Position numbers and translations under genes: made by a program. A stretch of DNA of 64,000 nucleotides, taken from assembly GCA_030429765.1 (NCBI GenBank), contig JAUIER010000003.1, positions 16,402-80,401 on the forward strand. Direction: 5' to 3'. This document shows positions 19,503 to 29,534 of this stretch, piece after piece. Each line of letters starts with the position of its first letter. The stretch's first letter is position 1. The DNA is from a bacterium. GTDB taxonomy: Bacteria; Omnitrophota; Gorgyraeia; Zapsychrales; Zapsychraceae. Under the pieces are notes generated by a model that saw nothing but the letters and a program-made list of their open reading frames with translations, had not been told where the DNA came from and searched no databases.

Positions 19503-22500
19503 ATGCGACTGTCCCTTTTGAATATCAAACAATTCTTGCGGTCTAACGGGTTGATCCGCGGACTGGTGGCGGGTCTGATCTTAAGTCAGATTTTCTGGCC
19601 GATTTCTGTGGAGGCTCAGACTATATCCGCCCATATGCCGCGGCCCGGCGCGATGGTGGGGTTTACATCGCATCACACACCTGTGCTGATCAGGGGCGTC
19701 ATTGTCGATCCGCTGGAGCCATTCCGTTTTGATTTTCTGCTGGATACCGGGAATAATATCAGCGACCAACAGGTGCTGCAGGAAGAGTCCACCCGTCTTA
19801 TCAAATATTTTCTCGCCTCTCTCACAGTTCCGGAAGAGGACCTGTGGGTCAATCTTTCACCTTACGAAAATGAACGTATCATACCTGAATACTTCGGGGT
19901 CACCGAAATGGGACGTGATCTTTTGGCGCAGGATTATCTGCTCAAACAGCTCACCGCGACGGTGATGTATCCCGAAGAAGAATTAGGACAAAAGTTTTGG
20001 GACAAGGTGCGCACGCGCGCCTTGGTCGAGTTTGGAACGATGGATGTTCCGGTGAATTCGTTCAATAAGGTCTGGATCGTGCCTGACAAGGCCGTGATCT
20101 ATGAACAGGGTACGTCGGCGTTTATCGTGGAGGCCCGTCTGAAGGTGATGCTCGAAAAAGACTACCTGGCCTGGGATGCTAATGGCGGCACACTCGACGC
20201 GGAGTCGATGAAAGAGGCGGAGGAGCGGGAAGGCCTTGATGCCGTAACGCGAAAGATTATCCGCGAGGTGGTCATCCCGGAGATTGAATCGGAGGTCAAT
20301 GCCGGCACAAATTTTGCCGCGCTGCGTCAGATTTATCATTCGTTGATTTTGGCCAGCTGGTACAAACAAAGCATCCAGGAAAGTCTGATCAATCAACTGT
20401 ATTCGGATCAGAACAAGGTGGCCGGAGTTGATGTCGAAGACAGGAGTATCAAAGAGAAGATTTATCAGCAGTATATCGAGGCCTTCAAAGAAGGTGTTTA
20501 CGATTATATTAAGGAAGAATTTGATCCGGTGTCGCAGGAATTGATTCCGCGTAAATATTTCTCGGGTGGTATGAAGCTGGGGCTGCAGACCAGCGACATT
20601 TTAGAGCGGACCACACGTGCCGACCGTTTTCAGATTCTGGGTGATCCGCTACTCGTACAGGCGGACTTTCGTTCAACGGAGCAGTCGGTTGAATTGGGAA
20701 CGGTCGATGAAGCTATGATGGCCGATGACGGTGACGGTCCGTCGAGGACTAATGATTTCAATCGGCGCGATACAGGCTTTCAGCGGATTCGTCAGGACGT
20801 CAATCAGGTAGAGCGGGTTGAATTATCACCGGCCCAAAAGGCGGTAGCCCTGCAACGGCGGCAGCAGGAAATTTTGCGGTTGCGAGAGGCGCTGGCGCCG
20901 TACACCCAGTCGGTTGACACATTGTACTATCCCGGCATCGGTACAGATATTGAAACGGCATTACGCATTTCAAACGCCCGCCGCATCGTCGGCGTCGATA
21001 TTGATCCGTTTATCGGTGACGCACCGGATATTACGTCAGCGTTTCGTTCAGCTATAGAGGACATGGGCGGTCGAATTATTTTAGCGGAAGCGACAGGTGA
21101 GCTGAATCAGGGCGGACGGTTGAATATAGAGTTTGAGTATGATGGTGTGAGGCGGGAATTTGTGTTTTATCAAGGGGACGCGTTGTCACGGACACCTTCT
21201 ACACTGCCGGAAACACGTGACGGGTATGACATGTTTTTCGAGCAGGCTCCGTCGTTTGATCCAACACCGCAGTATACAGCCGATATTATCACCACGTTGA
21301 ATCCCAATGGTATATTTTTTGGGCGTGACACCTTTGTGGATACGCAATCCAGCCTGCAGCCCAAGATTCGTGTAGCGACACCTGCGTTGGGAAATGTTTG
21401 GGTCAAGACGGCCGAGTCAACTGCGCCTGCAAGCCCGACCGTGTGGGAGAGTTTTGTACCGCAGGGAATCAAGTCTGATCCGGCCTGGCGTCGCGACGGT
21501 ACTTATGTTGACTTCGAGAATCCGTGGATGGGAACTAATGTCAGTGCTGAGGTCCGGATCTATTTGTTTAAGAGGGCGCTTGAAGCGATTAGTATCGAAC
21601 TGCCGGAGATTCAGGATGGACTGGTCATGGGCTTCGGAGAAACCTCCAAGGAATTAGAGGAGATCAAGGACGCATTTGACATCAAGTCTGTTCGGGGAGC
21701 GGAATGGGTGGCTGATCGTGTTCGTGGTGCCGCCCGTGGGTTGCAGGAAAACAACCGCCGACCCGAAGAATTCACTCTCTACCATGAAGACATCCGTGAT
21801 CTTAACGGGGTGTTTGCCGACCGATCTTTTGATTTTATTTATGCCGGAGCTATATCAGACGACTTGCGCAATGCATCACCGCGAATCGCCCGGGAGATTG
21901 TCCGTCTGTTGCGGCTAGGCGGAATCGCTCTGTTTGACGAAAGCAATCCGGAATTTCTTCAGGTTCTATCGAATTCCAGCGGAACTCTGCACAGGTTGAG
22001 CGGCGCTGGTCATCATATATATATCGGATCCGATCAGGCGATGTTGGTCAATGCCGTCGACACAGCCGAAGACGCGTTTCGGCTGCTGCAAAATCGTGAC
22101 CGCCAGTCAGCGGATAATTTTAATATGGCCTTTAAGACGATGGCGGATGCCCGCGAATTTGTATCCAAAGGGGGTATGTTACGGTTTGTCGGTGATATCG
22201 AAAATCCGTTAGCGGTCCTCATGGCGGAGCGACGGCCGAATCCGGAATCAAACTTCATCTATATAGCAGATGTGATTACCAGTCTCGACGGGAAAAATCA
22301 GGGGCTTGGTCGGGGATTGATGCGGGATTTTGTGCGCAAATTTGGCGCGGAAAATTCGATCGGCACCAACCTGCTTTACTTCCGGGGTGATGATCAGGCC
22401 GTTGGCGGAGCGCAACGGGCATGGGAGGAATTTCATCAGGGGCTCGGCTTCAAGATACTTGGCCGTGATGACCGCTATTATTTCCGGACGCCTGGTCCAT

Positions 22501-25500
22501 TCAATCAGGCTGACTCGGCGATGCTGGCCTTAAATGATTTTTCGCGAGAATTTTTGCGACAGGTTAATGATTATCAGCGTTTAACCGAGGATCATCGTGA
22601 CATCTGGCGGGGGATTGTGAGCCGTATACAGCAGGGTGAGGAGGGGCAGGGATTCTTTAAGTTCGGAATTATCCCCAATACGCAACAACTGGATTTTTCG
22701 ACGATGGATCTCAGTGAAACGGTTGAAGGTCACGTCGATCTATTCGGGCAGGTTCGAAATGTCACAGGACGGATAGTTCGGGGTGAGTTTTATATCGAAA
22801 AAGGTAATACATTTCAGATCGCCTTGAAGCGGCCCAATAACATCATCGATCCGGAAAAAATCGCCGATTTGTATCCGGGCTTAACTATACCGGAACGGGG
22901 CGAGGCGCTGGATGAATACCTGAATGACTTGTATATCCTCGCCGCACGCATGCTGACCGGCTACAATCCGTCGACCCTCGATTTTGATGACAATGCGTTG
23001 GTCGATCCGCAGACACCGGGACGTTTGGAACGCAATGACGCGCAGTTTGAGCGTATGACCAGCATCGGGGAACTGGCTCAGCAGCCGCTGCGAATTATCC
23101 GTCTGGAGAATCCGGATGCGGTGAACTATTCCGCGTCAGAGTGGGAGCAGATCGAGGAGACGTTGAACGTTCTTGTAGACGCGGCCAATCGATACACAAC
23201 GGTCTTTACAGGAGATGTTTTTACTGAATATTTCAGCCAGATAAAAGATTGGGTGGATCGTTCGACAAGGATTACACCGGAGAATATTGACGAACTTTCG
23301 GGGGAGGCAATTGCCTTGTTGAGTGAAGTAGAGGCGATGTCAACCGAGGCGACCCGGACGGTTACGGATCAGGTTAAACGGGTACGGGATCAACTGGCGG
23401 ATGAGTATCGGAACAATCAATACACCTTTTTTAATCCGGAATCGTTGAGTCTCGTCGATGTCAAGGGATCAACCGTCGTGCACGATTTTTATAACACTTT
23501 TGGAAACATATTTCACATTGTATTTTACTTGCCGTTGACAGTGGATCCGTCATCGAGAGAAGACTTTTTTGAGGCGCAGAATAGTCTGATTGATTTTGTG
23601 ATTCGAATTGAACGGTTTCTGGAATTTTTTGATGACATTCGTGATCCGCTTCGCGTTACATCAGATTCATTGCTGACCAGTTTTTCCGAGGCGTTTCCGG
23701 AACAAACCTACCGGGATTTTCTGATCCCATTAGCCAATGCACGGCGCCGGCAAGCCAGAGAAGACCGGGCCATGTTAGCGACCGCTCGTACATCTATCGT
23801 TCAGGATCCTCAGGAGATTTCGGAAATTCTGGACGAGTGGTATGCGCAGAATCCGCAGCGGACTTTCGAGCGCGGGAAGTGGGATATCCTTTTGGGTATC
23901 GGTAACAACCTAGAGCTGATGACGGTTCGAAATCCGGATGAAAAGTTAATGGGTATTGCAGCGTTCCGTGATACGAATATCATGGTAACATTTGATGAGT
24001 TCACACCGGGATTTTCGGCCGAACTGATGGAGATAGACGAAGGCTTAAGAGGGCAAAGGCTGGGACGGTTTGTTATGAGCCAGTTAGCTCAGGAAAGTTT
24101 GTCCAGATCAGATCGTACTATGCCTGTTGTTCTCCATCCGCTGGAGGATGGCGGTGTGACCGCTGATAGCCAGCCGATGCGGCGATACTACGAGAAGATG
24201 GGATTTTATTACCTGCCGTTACCAGATGAAGCGGATCTCGAACCCGATGAAATCAGACAGAAGTATCGGCTGCAGCTGTCGGCTGAACTGGCCAATCGCT
24301 TGCAGGAAAGTATCGATGAGCTGATCCAACGCGGTCAAGCCACCGACTCCGCGATGTTAGGGGATGTGAATTGGGAGATAAATGACATTCTCCAGGACCG
24401 GGAAACACTTGATATATATCGGATCGTGGGAATAACAGGGGCTAAGGATGCGCGGGAATCGAGGATTGTCATTGAAAAGATAATCGGCGGGCGCCGTGAA
24501 GCGGTTTTGGTGTCAGAAGCCGAAAGGCGATTCCGATCGGACAAAAACTATAATGAGAGTGACTTCTATCAGATTCCGGAAGCCGATCGGCAGGAATTAG
24601 CTCGCCGAGGTTTTGAGGATATCGAGGTGATTTCCGGGGGAGTCCAGTTTCAATTTGCGGACAGGCAGGTTGACAACAAGACAGTATTTGCGGCCCGTGA
24701 CTCGAATAATGAGCGAGATGTGGTGGTTATAGTGCATAAGGATAGTTTGGAAGTCGCGGAGTTCTATGAGGAATGGAATCAGCCCGGATCAGGCATCATG
24801 GCGATCTATGAAAGCGGAACGTTTACCGATGGTAGTAATTATATGATCGCTGAGCGATTCGAGGGAACGACAATTGAAGATCTAAGCTGGGGGCAGGACG
24901 AAGGTTTTCCGGTCTCACAAATGGTTCGTTCGATTCTGGAATTCGTCGGAAATCTAAGTGAATTTCATGAACGGAATTTCTTTCATGGTGATTTGTCTCC
25001 CGGAAACTTTATCGTGAGCGATGAAGGGCGTGTCACCGCGATTGATCTCAGTAAGGCCTATCAGAACATGTACTATGACCTGGAAGATGTTGATTTAGCC
25101 GATATCCCGGATGAGTGGATACAGCGGCAGCAGGCCGATGATATTGCGTCGACGGGACAGGCCCTGTTGAACTTGGTTACGGGTAACAATGAAGGCTTTG
25201 ACTACGTATATGGCTCGCAGCAGGATCTGTCGGCGTTATTGAGATCGATGACAGATAAAAAGGTCGACTTAAACGCCATTGAGCTGAACATTTTGAGTAC
25301 GATCATCTACAAGATGCTCAATGCCGGTATCGTGGCACTAAATTCTGACAGCGACGCTATTCAGCGGATAGGTGATGATTACTATCGAACGATGGGCGAG
25401 GCGCGGGAGGATTTGCTCAACCTGCAGGCCATTCTCGACGCGGCGATGCTGGCCGATGGAGAAGACGCCGAGACCGGGGGTATCGACTTGACACCAGACA

Positions 25501-25736
25501 AGCTCAATCTGGAGATTCAGCGCGACGACGCGTCGGGTGTTCCCGCGGGCGTGATACCGTTGCCGTCCAGCGATGTGCAGATAGAGGGATTGTATCCGGT
25601 CATCATCAACATCCTGCCGGTCAGTAATCTGCCGGTGCTCTTGGGAACCGCTGAACAGGATGATCCGACGGAAGTGGGATGGCTTGAGTTTGATGTGTTT
25701 GATCAATCACTTGATCTGGTGCGAAAACCGGAATAG
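19503..25736 (+). CDS. Giant secreted multidomain protein (2077 aa): signal peptide, two class-I SAM-methyltransferase-like regions, two GNAT acetyltransferase-like regions, and a protein-kinase-like region
   Basis: Signal peptide MRLSLLNIKQFLRSNGLIRGLVAGLILSQIFWPISVEA. Methyltransferase-like: YYPGIGTDIETALRISNARRIVGVDIDP and FDFIYAGAISDDLRNASPRIAREIVRLLRLGGIALF. GNAT-like: NQGLGRGLMRDFVRKFG...QGLGFK and LRGQRLGRFVMSQLAQ...YYEKMGFYY. Kinase-like: VVVIVHKD ... FFHGDLSPGNFIV ... VTAIDLSKAY. Confidence 0.5.
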   Translation: MRLSLLNIKQFLRSNGLIRGLVAGLILSQIFWPISVEAQTISAHMPRPGAMVGFTSHHTPVLIRGVIVDPLEPFRFDFLLDTGNNISDQQVLQEESTRLIKYFLASLTVPEEDLWVNLSPYENERIIPEYFGVTEMGRDLLAQDYLLKQLTATVMYPEEELGQKFWDKVRTRALVEFGTMDVPVNSFNKVWIVPDKAVIYEQGTSAFIVEARLKVMLEKDYLAWDANGGTLDAESMKEAEEREGLDAVTRKIIREVVIPEIESEVNAGTNFAALRQIYHSLILASWYKQSIQESLINQLYSDQNKVAGVDVEDRSIKEKIYQQYIEAFKEGVYDYIKEEFDPVSQELIPRKYFSGGMKLGLQTSDILERTTRADRFQILGDPLLVQADFRSTEQSVELGTVDEAMMADDGDGPSRTNDFNRRDTGFQRIRQDVNQVERVELSPAQKAVALQRRQQEILRLREALAPYTQSVDTLYYPGIGTDIETALRISNARRIVGVDIDPFIGDAPDITSAFRSAIEDMGGRIILAEATGELNQGGRLNIEFEYDGVRREFVFYQGDALSRTPSTLPETRDGYDMFFEQAPSFDPTPQYTADIITTLNPNGIFFGRDTFVDTQSSLQPKIRVATPALGNVWVKTAESTAPASPTVWESFVPQGIKSDPAWRRDGTYVDFENPWMGTNVSAEVRIYLFKRALEAISIELPEIQDGLVMGFGETSKELEEIKDAFDIKSVRGAEWVADRVRGAARGLQENNRRPEEFTLYHEDIRDLNGVFADRSFDFIYAGAISDDLRNASPRIAREIVRLLRLGGIALFDESNPEFLQVLSNSSGTLHRLSGAGHHIYIGSDQAMLVNAVDTAEDAFRLLQNRDRQSADNFNMAFKTMADAREFVSKGGMLRFVGDIENPLAVLMAERRPNPESNFIYIADVITSLDGKNQGLGRGLMRDFVRKFGAENSIGTNLLYFRGDDQAVGGAQRAWEEFHQGLGFKILGRDDRYYFRTPGPFNQADSAMLALNDFSREFLRQVNDYQRLTEDHRDIWRGIVSRIQQGEEGQGFFKFGIIPNTQQLDFSTMDLSETVEGHVDLFGQVRNVTGRIVRGEFYIEKGNTFQIALKRPNNIIDPEKIADLYPGLTIPERGEALDEYLNDLYILAARMLTGYNPSTLDFDDNALVDPQTPGRLERNDAQFERMTSIGELAQQPLRIIRLENPDAVNYSASEWEQIEETLNVLVDAANRYTTVFTGDVFTEYFSQIKDWVDRSTRITPENIDELSGEAIALLSEVEAMSTEATRTVTDQVKRVRDQLADEYRNNQYTFFNPESLSLVDVKGSTVVHDFYNTFGNIFHIVFYLPLTVDPSSREDFFEAQNSLIDFVIRIERFLEFFDDIRDPLRVTSDSLLTSFSEAFPEQTYRDFLIPLANARRRQAREDRAMLATARTSIVQDPQEISEILDEWYAQNPQRTFERGKWDILLGIGNNLELMTVRNPDEKLMGIAAFRDTNIMVTFDEFTPGFSAELMEIDEGLRGQRLGRFVMSQLAQESLSRSDRTMPVVLHPLEDGGVTADSQPMRRYYEKMGFYYLPLPDEADLEPDEIRQKYRLQLSAELANRLQESIDELIQRGQATDSAMLGDVNWEINDILQDRETLDIYRIVGITGAKDARESRIVIEKIIGGRREAVLVSEAERRFRSDKNYNESDFYQIPEADRQELARRGFEDIEVISGGVQFQFADRQVDNKTVFAARDSNNERDVVVIVHKDSLEVAEFYEEWNQPGSGIMAIYESGTFTDGSNYMIAERFEGTTIEDLSWGQDEGFPVSQMVRSILEFVGNLSEFHERNFFHGDLSPGNFIVSDEGRVTAIDLSKAYQNMYYDLEDVDLADIPDEWIQRQQADDIASTGQALLNLVTGNNEGFDYVYGSQQDLSALLRSMTDKKVDLNAIELNILSTIIYKMLNAGIVALNSDSDAIQRIGDDYYRTMGEAREDLLNLQAILDAAMLADGEDAETGGIDLTPDKLNLEIQRDDASGVPAGVIPLPSSDVQIEGLYPVIINILPVSNLPVLLGTAEQDDPTEVGWLEFDVFDQSLDLVRKPE

Positions 25737-25869
25737 CCGATAAATGATTTAAATCACTCGCATTCAATCATTTGGAGACTAAAGGATTGAATTTTCTTTA
25801 CACTTGTAATAAAATTTTCACATAAATCGAAACCGCAAACTTGAAGTAGCACGATAGATAGGGGGCTTC

Positions 25870-26865
25870 ATGTCAAATAGTGAAATTACCGAAATTAACG
25901 AGCGTGTTCAAAAATCCAGCCAGTTTGTTGAGGCGATTTATACCGAAGCGCAAAAGGTTATGGTTGGCCAGAAGTACCTGTTGGAACGGTTGATGCTGGG
26001 GTTGCTGGCCAATGGTCATATTCTGCTGGAAGGTGTGCCAGGCCTGGCCAAGACAACGGCTGTTAAGACTTTGTCGAGTACTATTCATACAAAATTCCAA
26101 CGGTTGCAGTTTACGCCGGATATGTTACCGGCCGATTTGACCGGGACGTTAATTTATGATCAGAAAAGCGGGGATTTTAAGGTCAAGAAAGGACCGATCT
26201 TCGCCAATATTATTCTGGCTGACGAGATTAACCGCGCGCCGGCCAAGGTGCAGAGCGCGTTACTGGAGGCGATGCAGGAGCGGCAGGTTACGATCGGGTC
26301 CGATACGTTGGGGCTCGAAGATCCGTTCCTGGTGTTGGCCACACAGAATCCGATTGAGCAGGAAGGGACTTATCCGTTACCGGAAGCGCAGGTCGATCGA
26401 TTTATGCTCAAGCTCAAGATTGATTATCCCACCAAGGAAGAAGAACATCAGATCCTGAAACGCATGGCCCATACCAAGAACAAGATCGAGATCAAACCGA
26501 TCATTCATCCCGAAGATCTGCTGGAGGCGCGGAAGATCGTCGACGAGATCTACATGGATGAAAAGATTGAACACTACATTGTCAATATCGTTGACTCGAC
26601 ACGCAATCCTGATCAGTACAACCTTAGTGACATCAAGGGATTACTTCAGTACGGGGCATCGCCGCGGGCGACGATCAATCTGGCGATCGCTTCCAAGGCC
26701 CACGCCTTTCTTCAAGGCCGCGGGTATGTCACGCCTCAAGATGTGAAGTCGATCGGAATGGATGTCCTTCGCCATCGTATTCTGATCAGTTATGAAGCCG
26801 AAGCCGAAGAAAAAACATCAGAAGATATTATCCAACGGATTTTTGACGAGATAGAAGTACCTTAG
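25870..26865 (+). CDS. moxR: MoxR-family AAA+ ATPase (first gene of the Bat-like operon)
   Basis: Walker A GVPGLAKT. ILADEINRAPAKVQSALLEAMQERQVTIG. The C-terminal half is MoxR-typical. Confidence 0.9.
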   Translation: MSNSEITEINERVQKSSQFVEAIYTEAQKVMVGQKYLLERLMLGLLANGHILLEGVPGLAKTTAVKTLSSTIHTKFQRLQFTPDMLPADLTGTLIYDQKSGDFKVKKGPIFANIILADEINRAPAKVQSALLEAMQERQVTIGSDTLGLEDPFLVLATQNPIEQEGTYPLPEAQVDRFMLKLKIDYPTKEEEHQILKRMAHTKNKIEIKPIIHPEDLLEARKIVDEIYMDEKIEHYIVNIVDSTRNPDQYNLSDIKGLLQYGASPRATINLAIASKAHAFLQGRGYVTPQDVKSIGMDVLRHRILISYEAEAEEKTSEDIIQRIFDEIEVP

Positions 26866-27036
26866 TCTGAAACGAGTGATCAGTGATCGGTAACGCGAGT
26901 ATTGCTGGATACCAAGTTCAGGGGCGGTAGGACAAAGGGCTGATATATCAGCGTGTCCTGCCAAGATGAGTCAACCATCCGGGTGTCGCGTGTCACATCA
27001 CCGGTCTCTCTCCCAAAAAACTGTAAGTCATTCATC

Positions 27037-27948
27037 ATGATACCCAAAGACCTGTTTAAGAAAATCAAACAGATTGAAATCACCACCTCCAGGCTGGTGA
27101 CGGATGTATTTGCCGGCCAGTATCACAGTGTATTCAAGGGGCAGGGGATTGAGTTTGATGAGGTGCGTGAGTATCAGATGGGCGATGATATCCGCAGCAT
27201 TGACTGGAATGTGACCGCGCGGACCGGCAAACCGCATGTAAAGAAATTTATCGAGGAGCGGGAGCTGACCGTAATGATCCTCGTCGATGTGTCGGCCTCG
27301 GCCATGTTTGGATCAACACACGAGATCAAGAGCCAGCTGGCGGCGGAGATGTCGGCGCTGTTGGCCTTATCAGCGATCCGTAATAATGATAAAGTCGGAT
27401 TGATCATCTTTACGGATGAGGTTGAGAAGTTTATTCCGCCGCGCAAGGGGCGAGGTCATGTGCTTCGACTGATCCGTGAGGTTTTGTATTTTGTTCCCCA
27501 GGGCAAACACACCAATATAACCAATGCGTTGGAATTTTTGAGCCGGGTGACCTCCCGCAAAACAATATCATTCTTGATTTCAGACTTTCTGGGGCATAAT
27601 TTGGACCGTCCGGACGGCGATCCGGATGAGACATTCAAGAAAGTCTTGTCGATTGCGAATCAGCGTCATGATTTGATCGCGATCACCATGAATGATCCCA
27701 ATGAACAGCGTCTTCCCAAGAGCGGTATCCTGCTGCTGGAGGACGCGGAGACCGGTGAGCTGGTCTATGTCGATTCGAACAGCTCAACCGTGCGCGACCG
27801 ATATGAAAAAAATAACGCCCGGCGAATCGCCAAGCGTGAACAATTATTCCGCTCGCTGGGAATCGATCATATGGATGTGTCGACCGATTCGTCGTATGCC
27901 GACGAGGTGGTTAAATTTTTCCGTCAACGGATACGTAAGCAGCGTTAA
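27037..27948 (+). CDS. DUF58 protein (vWA-like partner of MoxR)
   Basis: DDIRSIDWNVTARTGKPHVKKFIEERELTVMILVDVSASMFGS. ATG 27037 was chosen over the listed 26953. Confidence 0.85.
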   Translation: MIPKDLFKKIKQIEITTSRLVTDVFAGQYHSVFKGQGIEFDEVREYQMGDDIRSIDWNVTARTGKPHVKKFIEERELTVMILVDVSASAMFGSTHEIKSQLAAEMSALLALSAIRNNDKVGLIIFTDEVEKFIPPRKGRGHVLRLIREVLYFVPQGKHTNITNALEFLSRVTSRKTISFLISDFLGHNLDRPDGDPDETFKKVLSIANQRHDLIAITMNDPNEQRLPKSGILLLEDAETGELVYVDSNSSTVRDRYEKNNARRIAKREQLFRSLGIDHMDVSTDSSYADEVVKFFRQRIRKQR

Positions 27949-28541
27949 TGCCGGTTATGAAACATTTTTGTAAACACACAATTTGGATGGGCTGGGTATG
28001 TCTGCTTCCTAGTCTTGTCAATGCTCAGGAGGAGGGCGGATTGCGTGACATCCGCGGGCCGGTGGAATATCCGTCGTTTCCGTGGGGATCTTTTATCACC
28101 ACGCTGGTGCTCTTGTTGCTGATCGGCGGCGGATTATACTTTTATCTCGAGCGTAAGCGACGCCTCAAGGCCAAGTCCCAAGTCGCCAAGTTGCCGTGGC
28201 AGATTGCTCAGGAAAAAATCAAGGCCTTGCTGGCTTCAGACTTGTTGTCGAGCAAACAGTACGAAACATTCTACGCGCGGTTATCAGATGTCTTACGCGA
28301 ATATATCGAAAATCGTTTTGGAATCCGCGCGGTTGAGATGACGACGGACGAATTCCTGACATCTCTAAAGGACAATCAGTCTCTCGCTGACAATCACAAG
28401 CGTCTGCTGAAGCAGTTTCTCGAATATGCGGATATGGTGAAGTTTGCTAAATTCACGCCGAATCAGAAAGATGTCGAAGAAGGTTATGAAGCGGCCCGTA
28501 AGTTTATCACTCAGACGCAGCGTCGATCCGGAGGGGCGTAA
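27948..28541 (+). CDS. DUF4381-like single-pass membrane protein of the Bat operon
   Basis: Signal/TM region plus ITTLVLLLLIGGGLYFYLERKRRLK, followed by a helical domain. The position between the DUF58 and vWA genes fits this family. Confidence 0.6.
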   Translation: MPVMKHFCKHTIWMGWVCLLPSLVNAQEEGGLRDIRGPVEYPSFPWGSFITTLVLLLLIGGGLYFYLERKRRLKAKSQVAKLPWQIAQEKIKALLASDLLSSKQYETFYARLSDVLREYIENRFGIRAVEMTTDEFLTSLKDNQSLADNHKRLLKQFLEYADMVKFAKFTPNQKDVEEGYEAARKFITQTQRRSGGA

Positions 28542-29533
28542 TGGTATTTAAAACACCGTGGATACTCGCGTTGATCCCCATCGTGCTGGCCGGGATCTGG
28601 TGGATGCGCCGGGACAGAAAACCGACGACATTTCGTTTTTCCTCCCAGCAGCTGGTGGGAGGTGTCGGGAGTTCATTGCGTACGCGTTTACTGCCGTTGC
28701 CGACGATCCTTCGTTACATGGTGCTGACCTTGTTTATCTTTGCCCTGGCCGGACCCAGATTTGTGTCCGAGGAGACGGTCCGCAAAACGCAGGGGATTGA
28801 CATTGTGTTGACCATCGACGCATCGGGCAGTATGGCGGCCGAAGATTTTAATATCGGTGACAAACGTGTGAATCGTCTCACGATAGTCAAAGAGGTGGTG
28901 GCCGAATTTATTGAACAGCGGGACAGTGACCGTATCGGATTGATTACCTTTGCCGCGTTGGCCTACACCGTGACACCGCTGACGACCGACTATTCGTGGC
29001 TGCTGGAGAATCTCAAACGCGTTCGGTTAGGGATGATCCAGGATGGAACAGCGATTGGTTCGGCGATTATGTCATCGGTGGCCCGCTTAAAGGACAGTGA
29101 CGCGAAAAGTAAGGTGGCGATTCTGCTGACGGACGGAGTCAACAACGGTCGTGAGGTCGATCCGATTGAAGCCGCGCGCGTGGCCAAGTCATTCGGGGTA
29201 AAGATTTACACTATCGGTGCCGGCACGTCGGGCTATGTGCCGTTTCCGATGCGGGCGTTCGGCCGTCAGATTTATCGCGACGTCAAGATCGATCTTGATG
29301 AAGATGTGCTGAAGGAAGTCGCATATATCACCGGCGGCAAGTATTTTCGGGCGATGGATGCGGCCAAGTTGAGAGCGATCTATGATGAAATCGATCAGCT
29401 TGAAAAAACGGAAGTCGAAGAGCTTGGCTATTTCGAATACACCGAATTATTTGGATGGTTTCTCGGAGCGGGTATGATTTTGCTGTTGCTGGAGATCCTT
29501 TTGAAAAATACTTGGCTGCTGAGGGTTCCCTAA
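28541..29533 (+). CDS. batA: BatA-like vWA-domain membrane protein
   Basis: N-terminal TM region. vWA MIDAS motif: IDIVLTIDASGSMAAEDF ... LLTDGVNNG. C-terminal TM segment. Confidence 0.8.
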   Translation: MVFKTPWILALIPIVLAGIWWMRRDRKPTTFRFSSQQLVGGVGSSLRTRLLPLPTILRYMVLTLFIFALAGPRFVSEETVRKTQGIDIVLTIDASGSMAAEDFNIGDKRVNRLTIVKEVVAEFIEQRDSDRIGLITFAALAYTVTPLTTDYSWLLENLKRVRLGMIQDGTAIGSAIMSSVARLKDSDAKSKVAILLTDGVNNGREVDPIEAARVAKSFGVKIYTIGAGTSGYVPFPMRAFGRQIYRDVKIDLDEDVLKEVAYITGGKYFRAMDAAKLRAIYDEIDQLEKTEVEELGYFEYTELFGWFLGAGMILLLLEILLKNTWLLRVP

Positions 29534-29534
29534 A

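Noticed and set aside
25745-25756. Palindrome tgatttaaatca upstream of moxR
   Set aside because: It is short and AT-rich with no adjacent promoter elements that I could align confidently. It is likely a chance occurrence.
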